From Dimorphilus gyrociliatus (lineage: Eukaryota > Animalia > Annelida): a stretch of 64,000 nt of DNA. The notes under the pieces were generated by a model. The model saw only the letters and a program-made list of their open reading frames with translations. It had not been told where the DNA came from and did not search any database. Location of the stretch: assembly GCA_904063045.1 (NCBI GenBank), contig CAJFCJ010000010.1, positions 1,550,001 through 1,614,000 of the forward strand, read 5' to 3'. Positions 1 to 12,407 of this stretch are shown here, one piece after another (within the stretch, counting starts at the first letter, position 1; each line of letters opens with the position of its first letter). The position numbers and the translations under genes are program-made.

Positions 1-1722
1 TAGGTTATTCTGGAGAATGCTTTACTACTATCCCAAACTGTTGGTATATCTGGTATAACTTCTTGAGAAGTGTTCAAAGCGTCAGATACTTGTATTCTTT
101 GTAAATCGTCCAATATTTGCATTTCGCTCTAAATACAGAAAAAAATTGCTTTACAGTTTTGTCTCTTATTTTTTTAATTTTAAAAAAGGAACTTACATGA
201 TCAAGACCGAGGAGAGATTTTAATGGTACAAACTGCATAAACTCTGTTATACCTTCATTTATCCAAGTGTGATTCCACCATTCACAGGTGATAAGATTTC
301 CAAACCACTATATATATAAACAAGTTTAATTGATACGTGGAAAAGGAAGTTATTAAAAGAATAAGAATAGAATAATAATAAAAAAAAAGACCTGATGAGC
401 CAATTCATGCATAACTAATTTTGCCGTACGAATCTTTTCTCTTAGGATATTCTTTTCACTATTATATAACAAGGAGGATTCTGCGTACGTAACTAAGCCC
501 CAGTGCTCCATTGCGTATCCTATTTCTTTGGGAATGGCCAAGTTATCTGTACATTAAATTTGAAAAAATGTTTGCTATTAAATTTTAAAGGAAGTAACCC
601 ATTTGTTACAATCTAACCTAATTTAGAGAGGGTATAATTGTAGTCTAGTTTGTCTCCAAAGTACTCCAAAGTTCTTGTCGCCATCTGTAGGGCTAAATTA
701 GCTTCGTCGATACGATCCCTTCTGGCGTAAACTCGAACCTAGGGTCAATTTTAAGTAAGGGTCATGAACTAGATTTAAGAAAACACTGGGGACGTTGAGC
801 TACCAACCCGAACGCCATCTGTTGTAAACGATTCAACATATGCGAAGTCTACAACGGCCCAACATAGACTATACAGTGGCATAATCGGTGACCAATCAAA
901 TTCATCAGCTACAAAATCGTTTGTCCTTCAATTGCAAACATTAAAAATATAACAATCTTAGGTTATTAATATAATAAAGAGTTTGCCTTTAAGAAAATAT
1001 ACAATATTGTGGGCTTACATTGGAGCCGTACGAACACGACGCGTTGAAGTAAGAGAAGAGTATTCCGACTTTCTTTCAATGATTAGTTTAAATCTAGACT
1101 TAAAAGAAGGTTCATCAAAGCATGGGAAAACGGCTCTAGCTATCTTTGGTACAAAGAACGTTGACACCATATATCTATATAATAAGAAAATATAAAAATT
1201 ATCATTTCCTCCTCTTTCTTTTTTGCAAGTCAACGTGTTCAGGTATTATCACCTCTGTCCTAAGTCCTTTTCTTCGTATCCCGCATAAAAAAACCCGAAT
1301 CTGTCATCAAATATCCCACCATTCAGGCGAACAGTCAGCCAAAAATTTTCCCCTACTGCCAAGCTCCTTGATGGGTTAACAATTAAGAATTCGGCGTCAT
1401 TGTCTATCGTTACATTATGCAATAAGTCGACTCCGTCAGTGTCCACCAGCCGGAAATCGGATAATATCAAACCGTCTTCGTCGTCGTAATTAAGAACTAT
1501 TTGATCCGTAGGAAATCGGCATTCCATAAGTATATTGACGGTACCATTGTACTTAAAGTTGTTTGTATCGTTTGAATAAAAGTCTGGTCTGATACGTAAA
1601 ATATAGGAGAGAGGGACAACAGACTTTGGTAACCTTCCGTCCAATCTATCAGAACGAACTTGACCCGACAGAAGGAACGAAAGAAAGATAAATAAAGAGA
1701 ATGTTATGAATGAATCGGTCAT
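1..1722 (-). CDS. M1-family zinc aminopeptidase (aminopeptidase N-like), 5' part only; the gene runs off the window start
   Basis: True ATG at 1722 (the ORF track start at 1731 is GTG), followed by a signal-peptide-like MTDSFITFSLFIFLSFLLSG. Hand-spliced GT-AG exons (about 1722-1253, 1174-1019, 927-808, 749-629, 547-391, 308-196, 128-1) give ARAVFPCFDEPSFK, GYAMEHWGLVTY, HELAHQ|WFGNLITCEWWNHTWINEG (HEXXH-x18-E) and FSRITY. Confidence 0.93.
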
Positions 1723-2061
1723 AACGATCACTTTGTAAAATATCTCTCAAGACGGTCGTTAACCGTTTATCTGGTTTTTTTTTATTTAAACCGTTAAATA
1801 TTTTAAGAAACAATGTGCCGTCTCACACGAAATTAATTAAAAATAACTTCAACTATAAGCTGTATTCTCTTTCGCTAGAACATAGACATTACTCATGTAT
1901 ATCAATCAATAAAACATTACGTATGACTGCTATAACTCAGGAAAGCGAAAGAAATATACAAGCGTTTATAATACTGCAAGTGTGATGTAATACTGTAAGG
2001 AATAAAGAAGGGTTTAAAGAGATAAGGAGGCCTAATGGATAGAGTGAAAAAAGGAGGGTTT

Positions 2062-5000
2062 TTAGAAAACCGCTTGTGCACCCCTTAAAACCTGGGCGTT
2101 AATTCCACTTGGGGAAAAATCGTGCTTTCTACCAAAAATAATATTTTCTCTTAAATCTGGGTTAGTTTCTGGGAATTTTCTATGAAATTCCTTCCTACTA
2201 TCAGTTTTTGAGAAGGAATTTTGAATTTGTAACAGTCTTGATTGGGGTCGTGGTGTTCCCGATCCAGGTTCCCAATCAAATCTTGGATCGTATTGTTGCC
2301 TCTCAGTATTCATTCCAAATTGGCTTTCATATGCAGAAGCATTTTGCCAACTAGTCTTTAGATTGGTTGGTACCAAATTGCTAGATTTTGACGAGAACAT
2401 ATTTCTCGAGCTTAATGCTAGGGGCAAATTAGCCGAATAATTTCTTCCATCCGATCTGGATGTATAGATTTGAACGGGTTGTTTGAAGGTAACAACTTTC
2501 TTGTTGGATGTGGAACCTTCACGAGTTAATATATTATTTCGGACATTATCCATATTTTTATTTTCCAGCGACATTAAGACGTATGGCTCTCTTCTATTTT
2601 GTCTTGGCAAAGTCTTTTCTTGAAGGAATTTTGCAGTATTAAAATCATTTCCATAGCTCGATTCAGTAGAAATTAAATGCCCTTCTTGAGTTCTTCTATC
2701 ACATTCATCTACTATTGGTGTAATTTCATTGCGTTGTTTTTGTCTAGTGGTTTTAAACTGGGAGAAAATTTCATACGGTGTTGGCTGACCGTTTAATTGA
2801 GGAACACTCCCGGGACTACCTAAAGTGCGATTGTTCCATACGGCTTCCCCCATCTGATCATTCATTGACGTTGGGTGATCTAAGCTCCCTTTGTAGGAGT
2901 TTAAGACAGTAAATCTTTCGCTCGATTTTACATCATCCATTAACCCTTGTAACTTTTCTGGTTCGTAGCTTGTGCGATAGAGAGCGCCTCTCTCTTTCTG
3001 GTACGTTCCTTCGTGATTGTAGAATATTTTTGGATGATTCTTATCAGTTTCCTACAGATAAAATAAAGTAAAGAGGAAGAGAAAACAAAATTTATCGATA
3101 GAACTAATAATAAACTAACTCCTGCATATTTCCTATTTAAACTTCCAACATCATGAGCAGGGGTTTGTAATTCTAAATCTTTCCATCTATTAGACGCTTC
3201 CATTTGCTGATGATTATCATGCTGTTCCAATCTCAATTTGATTAATTCTCTTTCCTCAACGTTATCACCATTTTCACTATTATTGTCCAGTTCCTCATCA
3301 TTGTCCTCTATTTGATTATTTCGCAATCTGACAGTTTTTTGACTTTTCTGTATCAATAAAAGAAAAATATTTAGAAAACAATACTATTTATAAACAGTAT
3401 TATTAATATAAATTGCCATCTAAGCATGCTATATCTTCATGATTCATTATTAGGGTTAAAAAAAAGAGAAAATCAATTCGTCTAGACTGTTTTGAATGGC
3501 GAAGTGTTTCAAATAGACATAAAAAACTGAACGGTTTTTTTTAATAAACTCGTTTAAGGAGCTGCTTGACAAAAAAAACATTTTTGTAATAGTTATACAA
3601 ACTGACCCTTGGAAAATTTCTCTCTTTTTCATTAATTACAACGTTTACAGGTAAATTTCTATATTTTCCACCATTTAACAATCGATCTTCTTCTCTTTCG
3701 GTTAAAGTTGGTTTTCTAGTTGAGTGCACAATGATTGTCATTGAAAAGGAGAGCAAATCGAATATAAAAAATTCCAGATTTACCTTGTATAATTTGAATC
3801 GATTTCTGCTTTTCGATAACCGATTTGTGGATTAGGTTTAGGAGTTAATGATCTACTAATCCTTCCCTCTAAGGGTCTTGGACGGTCTATTGTTGGTACG
3901 GATATAGGCCGCTAAAAGACGATAACGTTTTAGAATAAAAGACAGTATTCTTAATTAATCCTCACTAAATCAGAGCTATTAACACCAAATATTCTTTGGT
4001 TTCTTAAATCTTCGAAATTATCTAATTTCATTGGATTAGACGGCCCAACCCCTGAATGTTCAAGGTCGTACGTAGTTTTCCATTGGAGTTTTTCAATATT
4101 TTTACCGACGTTAGCCGTTCTAGGAGTAGCTTGCATATCCCCGGTCAAACATTTTGCGTTGTATCTCTCTTTCATATTAGGAACAAGTAGAGTTGGAGGG
4201 GTTGGATAAATATCGGATTGCTTTTGGTAACCTTTAACCGTCTGCAAAGAGTTTTTTAATATACACTATTTACTATTTATATTCCTTCGTATAATAATAT
4301 TTATACCTGGTCGAATGGTCCTTCGGGCCAGTGTAAAGCTGTTCTCCTTGAATCAGGAAGATATTCCTGCGTCTCCTCCCTCCTTGGAAAGCCTATATAT
4401 GATATATGCACATATAAATAGAGAGAAAGAAAGTTGAATAGCTTAAATACCCTTGATTTTTGTGTGAACGTCGACCTTAAAGTTACTAGCAGGAATTTCT
4501 GGACCTCTAGGAGTTTCTAAACGAGCTTTAAAACCTAATGTTTCGTGTTCGGGAGCAGGTGTAAACTTTGGGAAGACCTGAGCTCTAGACATGTGAGACG
4601 CATAGGGATGATTGGATGGATAATTCCTCAGAATTTGCTCTTGTCTTTATAATTAAATAAAGTTACAAAAAAAAGAGAAATATTTAATTAATACCTATAG
4701 ATATAATAGACGATAAATAGTCTTACCCTAAATCCGTTATCTCCGGTTTTGGTACTCTGTACAAGAACATTTATGGTTCAATACAAATGCAGATATAAAA
4801 AATTTGTGTATAATTAATTTGTAATGTAAAATCCTTCTACTCACAGTTCATCATTTGGTCTAACATTACTTCTATGAAGATTTGTTACGTCATAATTCTG
4901 CTGGATTGGTTCGCCACTTTACCATCAATTAGTATTAAACTTAATTAAAAAGCGTTTCAAGTGCTAATTGTAAAATATACGAACCTCATATGCCATGTCG

Positions 5001-5115
5001 GAGATTTTTCCGACCAAAGTGGCACTTTCTGGGGAACTTTACCTGTTCCCCATTCCTTCGTTTTGTCTTTATTATTATTATACGCTGGATAATCGTAAAA
5101 CTCAAGGGAAGTCAT
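2062..5115 (-). CDS. SPMIP4: C7orf31/SPMIP4-like protein (sperm/ciliary microtubule inner protein family), multi-exon
   Basis: Spliced exons (5115-4985, 4916-4845, 4756-4727, 4644-4451, 4392-about 4307, and further exons to stop 2062) give PIQQNYDVTNLHRSNVRPNDELVPKP, YPSNHPYASHMSRAQVFPKF, TALHWP, IYPTPPTLLVPN, QWKTTYDLEHSGVGPSNPMKLDNF and the C-terminal WEPGSGTPRPQSRLLQIQNSFSKTDSRKEFH...DLREN. These match human C7orf31 blocks in order, as recalled. The N-terminus is less certain. Confidence 0.8.
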
Positions 5116-5380
5116 AATGTCTACGAATTAATAGCTTTTTCCCTCTTTCTTTCTTTATGCACCAATCGAGTGTTTGATTATTCAATTGATCAGGCGTTGC
5201 TAAGACCGTAAGATCATTTTTACTGCGCGTTTTGGTCGATATGATCAATAATAACAATAGGGGTCGTGTTATTCTTTCTTTAGATAATAAAACATGTCTC
5301 ATAGCAATATTATTCGTTTTGTAGACAGCACTGTAAGTTGTGCAACAGTATAAGTATGGAGAGCAGAGAAGTAAAGAGAG

Positions 5381-5382
<2 letters not shown>

Positions 5383-5418
<36 letters not shown>
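5383..5418 (+). repeat. (AG)18 microsatellite
   Basis: Perfect dinucleotide run read directly; lies upstream of the SPMIP4-like gene. Confidence 0.95.
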
Positions 5419-5422
<4 letters not shown>

Positions 5423-6646
5423 GGTGGGAGGGGATGAGAGGGAGGCGGTTGGAAAGAAAAAGGAATTGACAACTTAAAAAAAAATCCCACATATCTTAAA
5501 AACAACTCGTCCTACTCTCGTACTCTCCAATATTTAATTTCTTCATAAACGAGAGAATAATATCCGAAGGTTTGTTGTCAAAGCACGATCTTAAGTAAAA
5601 AAAATGTTAAATATAAATTATCAGATATTTAATATTAATTCATTTAATCAAGTACAATTATTAAAGAAGTTATTAAAAGTTTTGTAATAGAATATGTTTT
5701 CATTTTAACATGTATTTATATATTTTATAATATTCCTTTTAATAAGTTTTTATTCGTGCTCTCAACTATATGTTATTATTATTATTATTATTGATTTTCT
5801 CTGTTGAAAATTTAGTATTTATTCAATTTTCTTTACCATACGATTAATATTATTCCGATATGCATTATTAAATTACTCTCTTTGTAGGGGTGTTGGATGA
5901 AAATGATACCCATAGGCTTTGAACAAACATTTGAAATGGAGGGTGGAGGGGAGGGAAATATGAAATATAATTATTTCCTTATCATTTTACTAGTGAGAGA
6001 ATTTAGGTTAATTAGACAAACAGGTAACCTTTTACACGTTATAATTAAGTATACCAATTAAATAAATTAATTAATAAGATTGTTTATCTAAGCAGCAGTA
6101 GAGTTAATATGAGAGAAAAGGAAGGAGAGTTGTATAAAGGGAGTAGAAAATAACAAAGACTTTATACTGTATACATATTAAAGATAATGTATTATGTAAA
6201 CCAATTACACTAATATCGCATATACATTCACAATATAAAAACAAGAAAAGCATGGGCGAAAAAAGGTTGCTTATCAGTGGTTCAATCGGGAAACGATATG
6301 ATTAATCAATGTCATAAATTATAAATCAAAGATATTTCCTTTCAATGCTTTTTTTTTGCTTTTTCTTTATTCATTTTTAATAATTAAATACATAAATAAT
6401 ACATTTCTGTTTATAGCCTTTATACAAAGGAAACTTGTATAAAGGGTAAAATATATTATACAGACAAACATAAGAAATAATTGTCAAAAGATGGCGCAAT
6501 GAATTCCTTATTTTGTATGAAATTCCATAAATTCTATGACTAAAATATTAAAACTATATCATTTTTTAAGTAGTTTAATAAATAAGATATGAGAAATAGA
6601 ACAGAAGAAACATTTTTACAGTTTCTCTTATCTATATATATCTCCC

Positions 6647-6670
6647 TATATACGGTATATACCGTATATA
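6647..6670. repeat. Perfect 24-bp palindrome TATATACGGTATATACCGTATATA
   Basis: The sequence equals its own reverse complement (checked base by base). Confidence 0.9.
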
Positions 6671-8238
6671 TAGTCTACAGTATATCTCTACTGATATCTG
6701 TCTGAATGTTGTGTCTGGAGATAATCTTTTAATATTTTATAAACAAAAAATATATATCTAGAATGAAAATTAATTAAATTAGCTATCCTTTCAAAAACTA
6801 TTCGAAGTAGGCCTATGAACAATTTTTTAGCGTAATAAATCAATTAACAAAATTAGTTGTAGACATAAATTTCAATCTGAGATTTAGACGGGATAGATGG
6901 AAAATATTGCTTATGAAAACATACAATATTCGTTTACTATTAATTAAGGTAGTATTATTTCAAGAAAGCTATGGTTAACTTACATAAACAATGTTTACTA
7001 TGGAGGATTTGGTTAGTTAAAAAAAGGTTATTTAAACTGATACGAGGAAATATTCACTTTAAATGACAGATGAATTTTACAATGGATCTAATTAGTCATC
7101 TACATCCAATCCTTTTTTCTACTCAAAGCTTTTTATTAACTACAAAGTAGGCTATAGATGGCGTTTGTTGTCTTTGAAGTTATAATATACCTCCATTATT
7201 CCGATGGTATGATAATTTATTCAAATTAGCGGAAACTACCTTACAAAATCTTGAATTACTTCAAAGCATACAAGAAATGATTTAATTTAAGCTGAAAATA
7301 ATGACTATATAAGAGAATACATAATTTTCCCTGGTGTTATAAAGAGAAATTGAGCAACGCCCTCTATTACTTTCTAAATTAAATCTAGACAAGAGGTGAC
7401 CTTTTCTAAACCCCAGAGTTGTTTAACGATTCAGGCCAGGTGTTCACAACGTCGTTTTGTCTGTTGGAGAGCGTGACACAACCTGTCTGTAGTTAGGTAA
7501 CGAATACCATAAAACTTGGCTATTTTGTAGGAAAATCAGGAAATTAATACATTCATCGTACGATAGCATTATAATATATCAATTTGTTTCCTTTTTTCAT
7601 ATATTGTTTGTATTTATATTCCAATATATTGATTTAATTAATCCGTGTCTGATAGATAGAAAATACACACAAATAAAAAAAAACAAGTTAACTAGTCAGG
7701 TAACCCTAAATAACAGACTTATCTTTTCAATATTCCATTAATTATGTTTGACTGGGTAAATCAGAAACGTTATTACGTCATTTAGAATAATGCCATACCC
7801 TCCAGGTGTACGCCAAATAGCCATTGACGATTATGAACGAGTGCCATTATTTGACCTGCTTATTACTTTGAGTAAAAAACAATAGCATATACAGTCGCAT
7901 AGACTATATAAATATAATAGAATATAGGGGGGTGAACACACAGCTTGTTTACAGTTTATTTCTATTGAATTCCCAATACAACTAATACGTTGCATATATT
8001 GTAAACATTATACAAATCGAGCACGAAAATTTGTAATTTTATTAATTATTAATATGTAATATACAACATACAACATACTTGTAAATGTATTAATAAAGCA
8101 TGAATATTATTAAATTAGTTCTACTACTACTACTACTGATATTGCAATGTTACAATGGTATCAGTAACATCTGTCGGGTATAGTAAAATGTAACAATTCT
8201 CATTCTTTCTTTCTTTATTTCCTATTCCCCCCTCATTG

Positions 8239-8242
<4 letters not shown>

Positions 8243-8270
<28 letters not shown>
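8243..8270 (+). repeat. (TC)14 microsatellite followed by TCTA-type repeats
   Basis: Read directly. Confidence 0.93.
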
Positions 8271-8273
<3 letters not shown>

Positions 8274-9117
8274 CTTTGTCTATCTATCTATCTACCTATC
8301 TATCTCATTCTATTTTACTCTTTTTGAATTGACTAACGTTTTCAATGGAAATGGATTGATCTGCACGTTTGAAAATTATTTTTAAAATAGTAGTGTATAG
8401 ATAGATACATCATAGACACTATATTCCATATGCTATATATTCAATCTATACAAAAATATATTGGCAATAAAATGTAAATATAATGAATTCCAAGGGCATT
8501 GTATAGGCCTTTGTTACAAGACAGAAAACTAGGCGTTTTTATTAGGCCTACAGTGTACATATAGTATGAGTTCTTTAATAACCGTAGAAAATCGATTTGT
8601 ACCAACAGACTATTCGAAATACCGTGAAATCAAACATTGACAAACTAATTCCGACCGGTTTGCACGCACTATTAATCCCAAATGTTACACCATTTTATAG
8701 GCCTACAAATGTGTTTGTATATATATATGCTGTAAATATATTATATACCAGTTTTGTATTCTATACAAACAGCATCAACAAATATCACCCTTTATGTAAT
8801 TAATTATTCAAAATAACCACTTTCAGTGTCCTTTATCTCGTTTTTAATATATCAATCAATAAAAAAGCAATAAAACATTTATTCTCGAGCAAAATACAGA
8901 CGTTAAAGGCATAAATCAATCGGCCCTTGTAAAAATTCCGCGCATAGGCTTAAATCGACAGTACCTAGCGACACCTATCGATCACAGTTCTTCAAAAATA
9001 AATTGCTGTCAAGATAAAAAAAACCGAATAGATTATACGAGAGAAAAAAGGAAAGAGGAAGCCTTGAAGTAGGTTCTTCTTTTTGTCTTTTTTTGTCCTA
9101 TTCCTCTTTAAATGCGC

Positions 9118-9143
<26 letters not shown>
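9118..9143. repeat. (AT)13 microsatellite
   Basis: Read directly. Confidence 0.9.
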
Positions 9144-9148
<5 letters not shown>

Positions 9149-10156
9149 TTATATATATTTGCCATATTTTGTATATGTTAAAGAAAAAAATACTGATATA
9201 ACGTTGAATTTAGCGTTTAATTATAAGCCTAGTAAAATAAATAGGCTAAAAAAAGACGTATAAACTTTTCTGCCTTTTATTTTTTTTTTAGCTTTTATAA
9301 TAACTATGATTATGCTGAAAAAATAAGGTTTCATCGTCTATGAGAAGGAAAAAGGATTTATGGGATAAAGGAAACAGAGAGAGAGAGAATGAGGATAAAA
9401 GCTCAGGAGGGGAGGATATAGTAAGGCGTGGTCAGTTTTTTACTTCCATTGACAATACAACAAAAAAAGTATGGAGAATATCTGGAATTTTTTAAATATA
9501 TAATTGTATATACTGCATATATATATATATACATCTTTTTATACTAGTTCTCTTTTATCATATACAACAAGAGAATATATTATAGTAATTCTCTCTTGCC
9601 ACCCTCCTCCCCCCTTTCACTTCCACTCCTTCCCCCCTTCTCTTCCCTTTCGCTCATCTTTGTTTTCTTTTTATATAAGATTTTCTTTATAACGATGAAA
9701 TATAAGAAGGAATTGTTTTGAAAAAATAGTGCAGTAATAATATTTACATTAGATATTTTTTTCTCCCCTCGATCTTTTTCGCTTATATAATGTTTACAAT
9801 TTTTTTATGTCCACTCTCTACTTAGAAATGGGGTCACTACATTCTAGTTTTTTTTTTTAATCGATAATCATTGGCCGGGTCAACATCACGTGTCTCAATA
9901 TGGTATATGCATACGATGTCAGCCTATGTCTCATTGAATATTTATCAAGCGATTAACTGCATTGTTTATGAGTATCTCTGTATTAAATATGAACGTCTTT
10001 ATGGACGACTGAAATTCAATGCTCGGTGTCATGTCTAATCAAGTATCTGTATTTCATATGCATAGAAACGTGTTTATATATGCTCATCATTCATTATATA
10101 TGAATCAATAGGTTATTAAGAGCTTATAAAATTCGGATATCAGATGGCGCTACTCT

Positions 10157-12162
10157 TTAGACGAGTTGATCGTCCCCTTCGCCTTTGGGTAAATTCATCT
10201 TTTTGATAGCCTCTTTAAGTCGAGCGGCAGACAATGGGTTTGGCCATTGGCCATCATTTTCAACTATGGGGTATTCAATCCCGCCTAAGAAAACTTTGAC
10301 CGGTCTAAACCTTTTCGTAATTCTTCTGACCTCACCCAAGGAATCTTCCAGCTCTATATCACAATTCTCTAGCTTTAGAATTGTTATATCTGCCGGCCTA
10401 CCTTCGCTCAAACAGCCTAATAATTTCGATAAGCCGATTGACTGAGCTGGCGTCCAAGTGACTGCTTTTATTATATTGTTGACGGTCATTCCCAGATTAA
10501 GGAACTTTGTCATTACAGTGGCCAGGTCATAGACGGGTCCCCGGACGTTCTCTGCGTGCAGATCCGTGCTGATGATATCCGGTTCAAATCCGTGCCGGAT
10601 ACATTGTTCTGCCACCCGCCAGCCAAACGAGCCCATCCCGTGACCAACGTCAAATAGTACTCCACGCTTTCTGGCCTCTCTGACAGCCGGAAGTAGGCGT
10701 CCATCGGCTCCTAACACCGATGAAGCGTGTGGATTATATGTGTGCGTGTGTAAATCGCCTTTTCTCAAATAATTCAGAACATCAGCCTTACTAATAGACG
10801 AACAAGCGTGGTGGACCATTAGCGGAGCTCTGGCACGTTCAGCAGCCCTAGAGGCCCTCCTACAGACGGGCAGAAGCGTTTAATCAGAAAGTAGAGGGCG
10901 TCTAGCTACTATTATAAAACCCTCGATTCTTCTCTCGTTGTCTATATTAGCATAGTCGCCATGGAGACAACGATTCCCCCGCTTTCTACCTCTATTTCGA
11001 ATCTGTCTGCTATTACATATATATTTATATATACATTTATATATATATGTTTATATATATATATATGTATATATACAAATACACGCGCACGCGCGTTCAT
11101 TTGCTATTTCGCTCAATATTTTTTTACCTGAGAGCTTCTTGCTCATTCAGTCCACCATTTGATATCGCAGTCGCCAAACGAACTTTAATACCTTTAACAA
11201 ATTCTTGATTTTCATGTATGGCCTTTAAGCATCTTGATTCGTCCACTTGATTTAAAGAATCCAGTTCACCTCCCTCACCTATGAATGAATGAGATTTTAA
11301 TATGTATATATAGTTATCTTATAAGGCTAAGTAGAGATACTTTTTTTGTTTCATCAAACTCTATGAGATATTTATGAGTTGGAAAATGTCAGCCCATTAG
11401 GGTTTAAGAAATTTCAGATTTTCCATTAATTTCGATTCATTAATAAATATTATAGTAAATAAATACTAGTATTAAAAATTTAAGAGTGTAATCTCCTTTT
11501 AGTTGAAAATGGGTCAATTCCCTTGTCATCAGTTTGAAAATGAACATCTAGGCTGGAAATTAATTAGACTCTTTTACTCTCTTCAATAGTGTCCACTGCA
11601 TAACACGGTGAACATTCTAGCTTGTAGTTCGACGAGGTACATGGTTAATTATTAACTCTTCTATTCTCACTGACCTTTCCTACAGTAATTACAGTAAAAA
11701 AATCGCTTTTACCGTCCCCAGCGCATCCGCTAGACGCCAATCCGTGCGCAGCAATATGTACTAAGGCAAAAAGGCGCGTCTTGCAAGCATCTTTCACGTA
11801 TTTCTCGAGACCTTTCAAAGTGCCGGCTCCTGAAATGCGACGCGAATGGAATTTTTTTCATTAGGAAACGCAATTAGTTAGAGCCAACCCACACCTGCAC
11901 TTCCGGCGTCTAAGGCACAGGTAACGCCTCTAGCAAGGCAATATCGGTCTATGTCTATACCAAGAGGTGTTGAGAATTGATAAGCATGAATATGGGCGTC
12001 AATCAAACCCGGACAAACCAGTAAACCGTTGGCGTCTATAATTTCGTCAGGATTAACGTTATTTTCGTAGGATATTCTCCCGTTTTTCACCCAAATATCA
12101 AGCGCTTGATCAACGCCGTTAGCTGGATCGATAATCCTCCCGTTTCGAATCAGTACGTCCAT
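10157..12162 (-). CDS. Amidohydrolase-superfamily deacetylase of the dihydroorotase-like COG3964 (Atu3266/EF_0837) type, 4 exons, about 412 aa
   Basis: Exons 12162-11895, 11829-11713, 11278-11128 and 10859-10157 join in phase. Motifs: PGLIDAHIH (HxH), RGVTCALDAGSAG, GGELDSL, VKGIKVRL (carbamylated Lys position), PLMVHH, GDLHTHTY, FDVGHGMGSF, DIISTDLH, PADITILKL. Confidence 0.9.
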
Positions 12163-12407
12163 CCTTATCGATTCTGGCGTATTTTTTTACCTGATTACCT
12201 TTAGGCCTACAAAAGACAGTGGGAGCGAAAGGGTTAAAGTGCGCAAGAGCATTAATGCGCAGAAAGCGCCGCCTATCGTCGAGTAAATTTAAGCTAAGCA
12301 GTACACAGTGCATTTTGGATCACCGTATAGTTAAGATGCGCTAAAAATTTTTTTGCGCTTAAAATGCGCCGAAATTACGCGTTTTTTAGCGCGGAACGCT
12401 AAAAATA
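12163..12407. promoter_or_regulatory. Probable bidirectional promoter between the amidohydrolase gene and spen
   Basis: Only 245 nt separate the two divergent ATGs (12162 minus, 12408 plus); the interval is CpG-rich (many GCGC/CGCG) relative to flanking AT-rich DNA. Confidence 0.65.

Noticed and set aside
2938-2942. TAATG stop-start overlap between ORFs 2940..3356 and 2062..2940, resembling translational coupling
   Set aside because: An intron (donor GTTAGT near 3120, acceptor CTGTAG near 3052) shifts the frame so that ETDKNHPK..QGLMDD reads straight into the last ORF. The overlap is coincidental.
5102-5505. Short ORFs over the CT/GA microsatellite and upstream of the SPMIP4-like ATG
   Set aside because: Low-complexity translations with no homology, and I found no phase-compatible splice into the main frame.
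8597-9692. ORFs 8597..8803 and 9504..9692
   Set aside because: They start at TTG, have compositions typical of AT-rich non-coding DNA, and show no motifs or supporting splice pattern.
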